Shown: positions 5,980 through 13,993 of the stretch, piece by piece | Numbering within the stretch: the stretch's first letter is position 1 | How the letters are laid out: the number at the start of each line of letters is the position of its first letter | Origin: Candidatus Methylomirabilia bacterium | GTDB lineage: Bacteria > Methylomirabilota > Methylomirabilia > Rokubacteriales > CSP1-6 | DNA: 14,128 bases | Direction: 5' to 3' | NCBI GenBank assembly: GCA_041496385.1 | Contig: JBGQEL010000115.1 | Coordinates: forward strand, 1-14,128 | The notes under the pieces: generated by a model | Told to the model about the DNA's origin: nothing | What the model saw: only the letters and a program-made list of their open reading frames with translations | Databases searched by the model: none | Translations under genes and position numbers: made by a program

Positions 5980-7601
5980 CGCCTTCGGAGAACAGGCTCA
6001 CCGCGCTCTTCGTGCTCGTCGCGCTCGTGGCGCTCTTCGGCGGGATGCTGACGGGTTTCTTCCAGGCGCTCGACCACTCGGGGATCAACGTGTACCCGAG
6101 CACGCCCGTGATCAAGAGCTACTACCACAGCCTCACGCTCCACGGCGTCCTCAACGTGCTCGTGTGGACGACGTTCTTCATCTGCGGCTTCGTGCCGTTC
6201 GTCGTGGCGCGCGCGCTGGCGACGCCCCTGGCGAGCCCCGGGCTCGCGTGGCTCACGTTCTGGCTGATGCTCGCGGGACTCGTCCTGGCGGCCGTCCCGC
6301 TCCTGGGCGACGCCGCGACGGTCATGTTCACGTTCTACCCGCCGCTCAAGGCGCACTGGGCCTTCTACGTGGGGCTCACGCTCGTGGTGGTCGGCACCTG
6401 GCTCGTGACCCTGAACCTCACGCTCACGTGGCGGCGATGGCGCGCCGCGAACCCGTCGGCGCGGACGCCGCTCGCCGCGTTCATGGGGCTGGTCACCTTC
6501 GCGATGTGGACGATCGCGTCGCTCGGCATCGCGACGGAGATGCTGGTGATGCTGATCCCGTGGTCGCTCGGGCTGATCGGCGGCACGGACCCGTTGCTGG
6601 CGCGCGTGCTCTTCTGGTTCACCGGCCACCCGATCGTGTACTTCTGGCTGCTGCCGGCGTACATCTCCTGGTACACGCTGGTGCCGCGCCAGGCGGGCGG
6701 CAAGCTCTTCAGCGACCCGCTCGCGCGCACGTCGTTCATCCTGTTCCTCGTGCTCTCGACACCGCTCGGCTTCCATCACCAGTACACGGACCCCGGCATC
6801 CACGTCGGCTGGAAGCTCGTGCACGCGTTCCTGACCTTCGCCGTCTTCTTCCCGAGCCTGCTGACCTTCTTCAACGTGACCGCCTCGCTCGAGAGCGGGG
6901 CGCGGGCACGCGGCGGGAAGGGCTGGGTCGCGTGGTTCGGTCGCCTCCCGTGGGGCGACCCGTCGGTCGCGGCGCAGGTGCTCGCCATGCTCCTGTTCAC
7001 GTTCGGAGGCATCGGCGGCCTCATCAACGCCTCCTACAACCTGAACCTCATCGTCCACAACACGGCGTGGATCGTCGGCCACCTCCACCTCACCGTGGGC
7101 ACCGCCGTGACGCTCACGTTCATGGGCATCAGCTACTGGCTCGTGCCCCACCTCACGGGCCACGCCCTCTGGAGCCGGCGGCTCGCGCTCACCCAGGTCT
7201 GGATCTGGTTCGTGGGGATGATCATCTTCTCGAACACGCTCCACCGCCTCGGCCTGATGGGCATGCCGCGACGGACGATGATCGGCGCCGCGGTCTACGT
7301 CCAGCCCGAGTGGAGGCCGCTCTTCCCGCTCGTCGGCATCGGCGCGACACTGCTCTTCGTCAGCTCGCTGCTCTACTTCCTCAACCTCGCGATGACGTGG
7401 CTGGTGTCGCGCGCGCCGGCGCCGTCGGTGCCCGCCTTCGCCGAGTCGCTCTCGGGCGCCGACCACGCGCCGGCGGTCCTCGATCGCTGGAGGCCCTGGA
7501 TCGCGCTGGCGTTCCTCCTGATCGCCGTCGCCTACGGCCCGACGCTCTTCCGGCTGGCGACGACGACGACGTTCAGCGCGCCGGGCCTGCGAGTCTGGTA
7601 G
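5976..7601 (+). CDS. cbaA: B-family (ba3/b(o/a)3-type) heme-copper oxygen reductase subunit I
   Basis: All six His ligands are present: H56 (LHGVLN), H218 with cross-link Y222 (FWFTGHPIVYFW), H267/H268 (GFHHQY), H369/H371 (GHLH). MPRR is present, as are the K-channel-analogue residues Y229, Y233, S294 and T297. ATGA overlap with cbaB. Confidence 0.96.
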   Translation: MTPSENRLTALFVLVALVALFGGMLTGFFQALDHSGINVYPSTPVIKSYYHSLTLHGVLNVLVWTTFFICGFVPFVVARALATPLASPGLAWLTFWLMLAGLVLAAVPLLGDAATVMFTFYPPLKAHWAFYVGLTLVVVGTWLVTLNLTLTWRRWRAANPSARTPLAAFMGLVTFAMWTIASLGIATEMLVMLIPWSLGLIGGTDPLLARVLFWFTGHPIVYFWLLPAYISWYTLVPRQAGGKLFSDPLARTSFILFLVLSTPLGFHHQYTDPGIHVGWKLVHAFLTFAVFFPSLLTFFNVTASLESGARARGGKGWVAWFGRLPWGDPSVAAQVLAMLLFTFGGIGGLINASYNLNLIVHNTAWIVGHLHLTVGTAVTLTFMGISYWLVPHLTGHALWSRRLALTQVWIWFVGMIIFSNTLHRLGLMGMPRRTMIGAAVYVQPEWRPLFPLVGIGATLLFVSSLLYFLNLAMTWLVSRAPAPSVPAFAESLSGADHAPAVLDRWRPWIALAFLLIAVAYGPTLFRLATTTTFSAPGLRVW

Positions 7602-7612
7602 CGGGGCTCGAG

Positions 7613-9088
7613 GTGGGGGCCGTCACGGACGGGCGGCTTCACGCCGCCAGGCTCGCCGCGGGCCCCCTGCTCTTCGCCGCCGTGTGGCTGGCGCCGCTCG
7701 CGGGGCTCTCGCGCGACGCCCACCTCCTCGCCGCCGTCTTCGCCTGGACCGTGGCGTGGTGGATGACCGAGGCGGTGCCGGTCGCCGTGACGGCGCTCGC
7801 CTCGAGCGTGCTCGCGATCGTCCTCGGCCTGGCGCCGGCGGCGCGCGTGCTCGCCTCGTACGCCGACCCCGTGGTCTTCCTCTTCATCGGCAGCTTCATG
7901 CTCGCCCGCGCCTTGCAGGGGAGCGGCCTCGACACGCGCTTCGCCTTCGCGCTCCTGCGCCACGAGTGGGCGACGCGCACACCGGTCCGGCTCCTGGCGT
8001 CGGTGGGCGTCGTCACCTGCGCGATCTCGCTCTGGGTCAGCAACACCGCGACGACGGCGATGATGCTGCCCATCGGCGTCGGTCTCCTGCGCGGCCTCGG
8101 CCCCGCGGGCGACATCGGCCGGAGTCGATTCCCGACGGGGATCGCCCTGATGCTCACCTGGGCCTCGTCGGTCGCCGTGGGCATTCCCATCGGCTCGCCG
8201 CCGAATCTCATCGCCATCGGGCTTCTGCGCGACCTCACGGGCCGACGGCTGACCTTCTTCGACTGGGTCGCCGTGGCCATGCCGTTGACGATCCTCATGC
8301 TCGCCCTCTGCTGGGCACTGCTCGCCTGGCGTTACGGCGTTTCCGCATCGCTCGCCGCCGACGTGCGGCAATGGATCGCGGCCGAGCGGACGCGCCTGGG
8401 GCCGTGGACCCAGGCCCAGCGGAACGTCTTCTGCGTGTTCGTGCTCGTCGCCGTTCTGTGGATGCTGCCCGGCGCGGCGGCGCTCGTCACGTCTCCGGAC
8501 GCGCCGCTGCCGCGCTTCTTCGAGACCCGGCTGCCCGAGTCGGTCGTCGCGCTCCTCGGCGCCGTGCTCCTGCTGGTGCTCCCGCTGAATCTCGCGCGCG
8601 GCGAGTTCACGCTCGCCTGGCGCGAGGCGGCGCGTATCGACTGGGGGACGATCCTCCTGTTCGGGGGCGGGCTCGCGCTCGGCCGGCTCATGCACGAAAC
8701 CGGTCTCGCCGAGGCGCTCGGCCGGGCGCTCGTCGGGCTCTCCGGCGCCACCGGGCTGTGGACGCTCACCGCGGCCGCCATCCTCGCGGGCGTGGCGCTC
8801 TCCGAGGTCTCGTCGAACACGGCCGCGACCAGCGTCGTGGTGCCCGTGATGATCGCGATCGCCGGCGACCTCGGCGTGAGCCCCTTGCCGCCGGCGATCG
8901 GCGCGGCGCTGGGCGCGAGCTTCGGCTTCATGCTGCCCGTCTCGACGCCGCCGAACGCGATCGTCTACGGCTCGGGCCTCGTGCCGCTGCGGGAGATGAT
9001 CCGCTCGGGCATCCTGCTGGATCTCGCGGGTGCCGTGCTCATCTGGATCGGGCTCCGGATCCTCTGCCCGCTCGTGGGCCTCGTCTGA
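7613..9088 (+). CDS. DASS/SLC13 family Na+-coupled divalent anion (dicarboxylate/sulfate) symporter
   Basis: Motifs WWMTEAVP, FLFIGSF, SLWVSNTATTAMMLPI, GSPPNLIA, IDWGTILLFGGG, SEVSSNTA, GFMLPVSTPPNAIVYG. The start is assigned to the first in-frame GTG (7613) after the cbaA stop and is uncertain. Confidence 0.9.
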   Translation: MGAVTDGRLHAARLAAGPLLFAAVWLAPLAGLSRDAHLLAAVFAWTVAWWMTEAVPVAVTALASSVLAIVLGLAPAARVLASYADPVVFLFIGSFMLARALQGSGLDTRFAFALLRHEWATRTPVRLLASVGVVTCAISLWVSNTATTAMMLPIGVGLLRGLGPAGDIGRSRFPTGIALMLTWASSVAVGIPIGSPPNLIAIGLLRDLTGRRLTFFDWVAVAMPLTILMLALCWALLAWRYGVSASLAADVRQWIAAERTRLGPWTQAQRNVFCVFVLVAVLWMLPGAAALVTSPDAPLPRFFETRLPESVVALLGAVLLLVLPLNLARGEFTLAWREAARIDWGTILLFGGGLALGRLMHETGLAEALGRALVGLSGATGLWTLTAAAILAGVALSEVSSNTAATSVVVPVMIAIAGDLGVSPLPPAIGAALGASFGFMLPVSTPPNAIVYGSGLVPLREMIRSGILLDLAGAVLIWIGLRILCPLVGLV

Positions 9089-9179
9089 GCTGAGGCGCTC
9101 ACGCTGCACCGGGGTCGCGGCGCCCCAGCTTTCGGCAGGGGACGTCGGCTAACCACTCGAATTCGCGGTACTCCATCCC

Positions 9180-9195
9180 TGGCAGTCGCCTTGCA
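9180..9195 (+). promoter_or_regulatory. Putative sigma54 -24/-12 promoter for the DUF2267-USP-CBS-cytochrome c operon
   Basis: TGGCAG-TCGCC-TTGCA with exact GG-N10-GC spacing. The implied start site (about 9206) is only about 5 nt before ATG 9211. Confidence 0.6.
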
Positions 9196-9210
9196 CCCAC
9201 TGATGGCGCC

Positions 9211-9600
9211 ATGAGGGCCCAGAACTTCTACCGCCAGGTGCTCATCGAAGCGGGACGGCCGAGCTTCGAGGACGCCAAGCGCGTGACCGCCGCGGTGTTC
9301 CACGCCCTGCGCGACCGCCTGACGCCCGACGAGGCCGATCAGGCCGCGGCGCAGCTGCCGAAGCCGCTCAAGCTTCTGTGGTGGGAGGGCGAGCGGGCCG
9401 AGGGCCGGCCGGTCAAGATGCATCGCCCGGCGTTCTACGAGCGGGTCAGGCGGGAGGCGGGACTCGCGTCCGAGCGCGAGACACGCCAGGTCATCCACGC
9501 GGTGTTCGGGGCTCTAAAGACGCAGCTCTCTCCAGGTGAGTCGGACGACATCCTGTCGCAGCTCCCGAAGGACATCAAGCCGGTGTGGGAGGACGCGTGA
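9211..9600 (+). CDS. DUF2267 family protein
   Basis: Two helical repeats: FYRQV...AVFHALRDRLTPDEADQAAAQLPKPLK and FYERV...AVFGALKTQLSPGESDDILSQLPKDIK. Confidence 0.85.
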   Translation: MRAQNFYRQVLIEAGRPSFEDAKRVTAAVFHALRDRLTPDEADQAAAQLPKPLKLLWWEGERAEGRPVKMHRPAFYERVRREAGLASERETRQVIHAVFGALKTQLSPGESDDILSQLPKDIKPVWEDA

Positions 9601-9977
9601 TGAAGACGAAGAGACGGCGAGCTTCGAGACGGACGGCGCCGCGCCTTCAGGAGGTCGCCCGCGGCGGTCACGTCGCCGTCCTCGCGGAGCAGATGGCGAG
9701 CCACACCGAGACGAGCCCCGTCCTCACGGGCGGCGATCCCGACGCCGACTGGGTCCGCGCGTACTCGTCGGGCGAGGAGGCCGTCGGGGGCAGCGTGGCG
9801 ACTCCGGACCAGGACGTCGTCGACGAGATCGGGCGGGCGCTCGGCGTTCCTCAAGACCCGGACGCGCCGGTGACGACGTCCGACGAGATCCTGCGCCGGC
9901 GGGACCGCCTTCGCTGGCACCTCGAGCGTGACGCGGCCGACGCCGAAGACGGAAGGCCTCGGAGGAGGGCGACATGA
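9600..9977 (+). CDS. DUF6335-like conserved hypothetical protein
   Basis: ATG at 9600 overlaps the upstream stop (TGATG); 125 aa. The acidic core TSPVLTGGDPDADW...GEEAVGGSVATPDQDVVDEIGRALGV...RD..RW matches my recollection of DUF6335. Confidence 0.7.
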   Translation: MKTKRRRASRRTAPRLQEVARGGHVAVLAEQMASHTETSPVLTGGDPDADWVRAYSSGEEAVGGSVATPDQDVVDEIGRALGVPQDPDAPVTTSDEILRRRDRLRWHLERDAADAEDGRPRRRAT

Positions 9978-10423
9978 TCATCCTGCACCCCACCGACTTT
10001 TCGGAGTGCGCGAGCCAGGCCGAGACGCTGGCGGTCCGGCTCGCACGCGACCTCGGCGGCGAGCTCGTGCTGACCCAGGTGCTGGTCGAGGCGCCGCTGT
10101 ACGGCGAGGGCTTCGCCAACGTGCGCGAGGCGCAGAAGGTCTACGACGCCCAGCGCCGGTGGTCCGAGGAAACCCTCGAGGGGCGCGCGGGCCAGATCCG
10201 CAAAGAACACGGGATCAAGGTGCGCTGGACGCTCTCCGTCGGCCTCCCGTACGACGAGATCGTCCGCGCGGCGGCCCACGAGCACGCGGAGATGATCGTC
10301 ATGGGCACGCACGGCCGGAGCGGCCTGAACAGGCTGCTGCTGGGCTCGGTGGCCGAGCGCGTGATCCGGCTGGCGTCCTGTCCGGTGGTCACCGTGCGCC
10401 AGAAGGCGGGAGCCGGAGCATGA
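9974..10423 (+). CDS. Universal stress protein (UspA family)
   Basis: ILHPTDFS at the N-terminus; IVMGTHGRSGLNRLLLGSVAERVIRLASCPVVTV contains the ATP-binding G-2x-G-9x-GS motif. Confidence 0.95.
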   Translation: MIILHPTDFSECASQAETLAVRLARDLGGELVLTQVLVEAPLYGEGFANVREAQKVYDAQRRWSEETLEGRAGQIRKEHGIKVRWTLSVGLPYDEIVRAAAHEHAEMIVMGTHGRSGLNRLLLGSVAERVIRLASCPVVTVRQKAGAGA

Positions 10424-10827
10424 CGATGACGATGCTGGGAACGGTCGGCGACTGGATGACCCACCCACCCATCGCGGTGAGCGAGGAGACGCCGCTCTCC
10501 GAGGTCATGCGGCTCATGCGCGCCCAGGAGATCCGTCACGTCCTGGTGATGCAGGGCGAGCGCCTGGCCGGCATCTTCTCGAGCCGCGACGCGCGCCGAC
10601 TCCTCGGCGTGGGGGGCGCCCTGCCGGCGGACGTCGTGGTCGGCGCGCTCATGACCGAGGACCCGGTGACCGTGTCGGCGGGCGCCCCCTTCCTCGAGGC
10701 CGCGCGCGCGATCCTCGAGGGGAAGATCGGCGCGCTGCCCGTGACCGAGGCCGGCCGGCCCGTCGGAATCCTCACGAGCCAGGACGCGCTCGAGGCGCTG
10801 ATCGCCTGGGCGGAGGCAGGGCGATGA
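10420..10827 (+). CDS. CBS domain pair protein
   Basis: ATGA overlap with the USP stop (alternative ATGs at 10426 and 10432). Motifs VGDWMT, IRHVLV, GIFSSRD, KIGALPV, GILTSQD. Confidence 0.9.
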   Translation: MTMTMLGTVGDWMTHPPIAVSEETPLSEVMRLMRAQEIRHVLVMQGERLAGIFSSRDARRLLGVGGALPADVVVGALMTEDPVTVSAGAPFLEAARAILEGKIGALPVTEAGRPVGILTSQDALEALIAWAEAGR

Positions 10828-11153
10828 CGTGCAGAAGCGCGCTCTCCTTCGCTCTTGTGGCGCTCACGCTGGCCGGTGCGATCCCGGCGCTCGCGCAGGA
10901 GACGCCCACCCGCGTGGAGCGGGGTGGGAAGTGGTTCATGGACAACGGCTGCTACGGCTGCCACATGGTCGGTAAGGTCGGGAGCCCGATCGGCCCCGAC
11001 CTCTCCCACGTCGGGACCAAGTACCCGCTCGACTATCTCGAGCGCTGGCTCCGCGACCCGCTGGTCCAGCGGCCGAATGCCCACATGCCGAAGCTGGAGC
11101 TGAGCGAAGCGCAGGTGCGCGCCGTCGCCGCCTACCTGTCCGCGCTCCGCTGA
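10824..11153 (+). CDS. Exported monoheme class I cytochrome c
   Basis: Sec-type signal peptide (ALA-QE), CYGCH heme-binding motif, GPDLSHVG, WLRDP, and a distal Met in AHMP. Confidence 0.92.
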   Translation: MTCRSALSFALVALTLAGAIPALAQETPTRVERGGKWFMDNGCYGCHMVGKVGSPIGPDLSHVGTKYPLDYLERWLRDPLVQRPNAHMPKLELSEAQVRAVAAYLSALR

Positions 11154-11171
11154 GCGAGGGGGGAGGATTCG

Positions 11172-11627
11172 ATGCGCGTGTGCGATCTGATGACCCGTGA
11201 CGTGGCGACGATCGGCGTCGCCGATTCCTGCCGGGAGGCGGTGAGGCGGATGGTCGGGCGGAGGATCCGCCACCTCCCGGTGGTCGACGCCGCGGGGCTG
11301 CTGGTCGGTATCGTGACCGACCGCGACCTCCGGCACCACCTCTTCGAGCCGCGCGTGCTCAAGGAGATCGGCGCGGTGTCGGTGGACGCGGTGCTCCAGG
11401 CCGTGCCGGTCGAGGAGGTCATGTCGTCGCCCGTCGTGACGGCCGCGCCGGACGACGACCTCGAGGTCGCGGCGCGCGCGATGCTCGAGGACAAGGTGGG
11501 CTCGCTGCCCGTGGTCGATCGCGGCCGTGTCGTCGGGATCGTCACCGAGACCGACCTGCTGCGCCGGATCTGCGGGGCCTCGCCCCCGAGCCCGGAGTGC
11601 GCCGAGATCGTCATCGCGTTCCCCTGA
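11172..11627 (+). CDS. CBS domain pair protein (AcuB-like)
   Basis: SD GGAGG; motifs IRHLPVVD, GIVTDRDLR, VEEVMS, KVGSLPVVD, GIVTETDLL. Confidence 0.92.
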   Translation: MRVCDLMTRDVATIGVADSCREAVRRMVGRRIRHLPVVDAAGLLVGIVTDRDLRHHLFEPRVLKEIGAVSVDAVLQAVPVEEVMSSPVVTAAPDDDLEVAARAMLEDKVGSLPVVDRGRVVGIVTETDLLRRICGASPPSPECAEIVIAFP

Positions 11628-11680
11628 CACGCGGAAAATACGTATGGAACCCCGGCGGGGGGGGTGCGCGATACTAATGG

Positions 11681-13993
11681 GTGGTGGAGCAGCACCGGCG
11701 CGCCGACCGTCAGGCCGATGACCTGGCCATTCTGGATCGCATCCCGATCGGGCTCCTCCGAACCGACCCGACGGGGCGCATCCTTCGCGCCAACGTCGCC
11801 ATCGTGCGCATGCTGGGATATCCGGATCGCTCGACGCTGATGGCACGGAGCGTCTACGACCTCTACGTCAATCCCGAGGAGCGCGAGCGGTTGATGGTGG
11901 CGGTCTCGGAAGAGGGGGCCACCCAGGAGGTCGAGCTCCACTGGCGCCGGCACTCGGGGCAGCCCATCTGGGTACGGGCCCTCGTCTGGGCGATCAGAGA
12001 CGCCGAGGGGCGCGTCCTGGCCTACGAGGGCAGCCTCGAGGACGTCAGCGAGGCGCGCCGGCTGGAGCACGAGCGCCGGCTCCAGGCCGCCGCCCTGCAA
12101 GCCGCCGCCAACGCCGTCGTCATCACGGACCGCGAGGGGCGCATCGTCTGGGTCAACCCGGCGTTCACCTCGATCACGGGCTACGAGCCGTCGGACGTGC
12201 TCGGGCAGGCGCCGAACATCCTCAAGTCGGGCCAGCACGGCTCCGCCTTCTACCTCGACCTCTGGGCGACGATTCTCTCCGGGCGTATCTGGCACGGAGA
12301 GCTGGTCAACCGGCGCAAGGACGGAACGCTCTACACGGAGGAGATGACGATCACGCCCGTCCGGAGCCCCGAGGGCGCGATCGAGCACTTCGTCGCGGTC
12401 AAGCGGGACGTGTCGGAGCGGGAGCGATCCCGCGAGACCCTGCGACGGAGCGAGGAGTACTACCGCGCCCTCATCGAGAACGCCCTGGACGTCGTCGTGG
12501 TGCTGAACGCGGACGGCACGTATCGCTACGCGAGCCCGGCCGTCGAGCGCATCCTGGGCTACCGGCCGGGCGAGCTCGTCGGCACGAACGCCTTCGACCT
12601 GATCCATGAGGACGACGTCGCGAGGATTCGCGGCATCTTCGATCCGGCCAGCAACGTTCCGGGCTTCGCCGCCAGCGCGCAGTACCGCGTCCGGCACCGG
12701 GACGGGACCTGGCGAGTCATGGAAGCGACCGGGAGCAATCTCGTCGACGTTGCGGCGGTCGCCGGGATCGTCGTCAACGCGCGGGACGTCACGGAGCGGA
12801 TGCGGGCGGAGGAAGCCGAACGCCGCTTGCAGAGTCACCTGGCGCAGAGCGAGAAGCTGGCGGCGATGGGCGAGCTTCTCGCCGGCGTCGCCCACGAGCT
12901 CAACAACCCGCTGTCCGTCGTCCTCGGGTACGCGTCGATTCTCGTCAAGCTCGCCAGGGACGGCGCGGCCGACCCGCGCGTGGAGAAGATCCGCCAGGCG
13001 GCCGAGCGCTGCGCGCGGATCGTCAAGAACTTCTTGATGCTGGGCCGCCAGCACGCGCCGGAGTCGGCGCGGGTCGATCTGAACGGGCTCGTCCGGGACA
13101 CGCTCGAGATGCTCGCGTATCCGCTCAGGATCGACACGATCGAGGTGGCGCTCGATCTGGCCGACGGGATGGAGCTGCTCTGGGCCGATCCGCACCAGCT
13201 GCAGCAAGTCATCACGAACCTCGTGACCAACGCGCATCACGCGATGCGAGAGATCCGCGGGCCGCGGCGGCTCACCATCGCGACCGGCTTCGACGGGGGA
13301 TCGGCGCGCGCGAGTCTCGTGGTGACCGACACGGGGCCCGGCATCCCGTCCGACGTGGAGCGGCGGCTGTTCGAGCCGTTCTACACGACCAAGCCGCTGG
13401 GACAGGGAACCGGGCTGGGACTGCCGATCTGCAAGGGGATCGTCGAGGGGCACGGCGGGACGATCAGTGTGGAAGGACGGCCTGGTGAGGGCGCGCGTTT
13501 CATCGTCAGCCTGCCGGTCGGCGCGCCGGCCACGGGAGCCGAGCCGATCGCGCCCGAGCCGGCGCCCGAATGGCGGGGGCGCACCGTCCTCGTCATCGAC
13601 GACGAGGCCGCGGTGGCCGACGTCACCGCCGAAATCCTCGCGGCCGAGGGCCTCGACGTGACGACGGTCAACTCCGCCGCCGAGGCCCTGGGTCTGCTGG
13701 ACCGGGCGTCGTTCGACGTGATCCTGATGGACATCAAGATGCCCGGGCTCGACGGGCCGGGCCTCTACCGCGAAGTCCAGCGGCGGCGGCCGGACCTGCT
13801 GTCGCGGTTCGTGTTCTTCACGGGGGACGTGCTCAATCCCGTAACCCGGAGGTTCCTGGATGAGATACGCGCACCGTACGTGACGAAGCCGTTCGATCGA
13901 GGTCAGGCGCTTGCGGCCCTCCAGCGAGTGCTTGCGCCGTCGCGGGGCCGGGCGGGTACGCCGGGCCCGGCTCGCGAGCCTCGGGCGCTCTAG
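11681..13993 (+). CDS. Soluble hybrid sensor histidine kinase: PAS-PAS-PAS-HisKA-HATPase-REC
   Basis: Three PAS/PAC repeats. H-box AGVAHELNNPL, N-box QVITNLVTNA, G1 DTGPGI, F FEPFYTTK, G2 GTGLGL. Receiver motifs VIDDE, LMDIKMP, FTG, KPF. No TM segment. The start (GTG 11681 or 11684) is uncertain. Confidence 0.95.
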   Translation: MVEQHRRADRQADDLAILDRIPIGLLRTDPTGRILRANVAIVRMLGYPDRSTLMARSVYDLYVNPEERERLMVAVSEEGATQEVELHWRRHSGQPIWVRALVWAIRDAEGRVLAYEGSLEDVSEARRLEHERRLQAAALQAAANAVVITDREGRIVWVNPAFTSITGYEPSDVLGQAPNILKSGQHGSAFYLDLWATILSGRIWHGELVNRRKDGTLYTEEMTITPVRSPEGAIEHFVAVKRDVSERERSRETLRRSEEYYRALIENALDVVVVLNADGTYRYASPAVERILGYRPGELVGTNAFDLIHEDDVARIRGIFDPASNVPGFAASAQYRVRHRDGTWRVMEATGSNLVDVAAVAGIVVNARDVTERMRAEEAERRLQSHLAQSEKLAAMGELLAGVAHELNNPLSVVLGYASILVKLARDGAADPRVEKIRQAAERCARIVKNFLMLGRQHAPESARVDLNGLVRDTLEMLAYPLRIDTIEVALDLADGMELLWADPHQLQQVITNLVTNAHHAMREIRGPRRLTIATGFDGGSARASLVVTDTGPGIPSDVERRLFEPFYTTKPLGQGTGLGLPICKGIVEGHGGTISVEGRPGEGARFIVSLPVGAPATGAEPIAPEPAPEWRGRTVLVIDDEAAVADVTAEILAAEGLDVTTVNSAAEALGLLDRASFDVILMDIKMPGLDGPGLYREVQRRRPDLLSRFVFFTGDVLNPVTRRFLDEIRAPYVTKPFDRGQALAALQRVLAPSRGRAGTPGPAREPRAL

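Noticed and set aside
5976..7601. Subunit I as a nitric oxide reductase (bNOR/sNOR/eNOR type)
   Set aside because: The cross-linking Tyr in HPIVY and the B-family proton-channel residues are retained.
6164..9088. 974-aa ORF suggesting a large DASS fusion
   Set aside because: The N-terminal half is an off-frame shadow of cbaA. Transporter-like sequence begins only after 7601.
9103..9133. Possible intrinsic terminator after the DASS gene (GGGG...CCCC followed by AGCTTT)
   Set aside because: The stem is short and imperfect and there are only three T's, so it is not distinguishable from GC-rich background.
9928..10827. 299-aa ORF extending the first CBS gene
   Set aside because: The upstream part is an off-frame shadow of the USP gene. 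The CBS domain starts at the ATGA overlap at 10420.
197..13453. Long antisense ORFs (197..1537, 2599..3786, 4179..5486, 5913..7466, 7532..9109, 11132..13453 and others)
   Set aside because: They mirror well-supported genes on the opposite strand, have no recognisable motifs, and are expected in high-GC DNA. Only the last 35 codons of 4179..5486 are real (cbaD).
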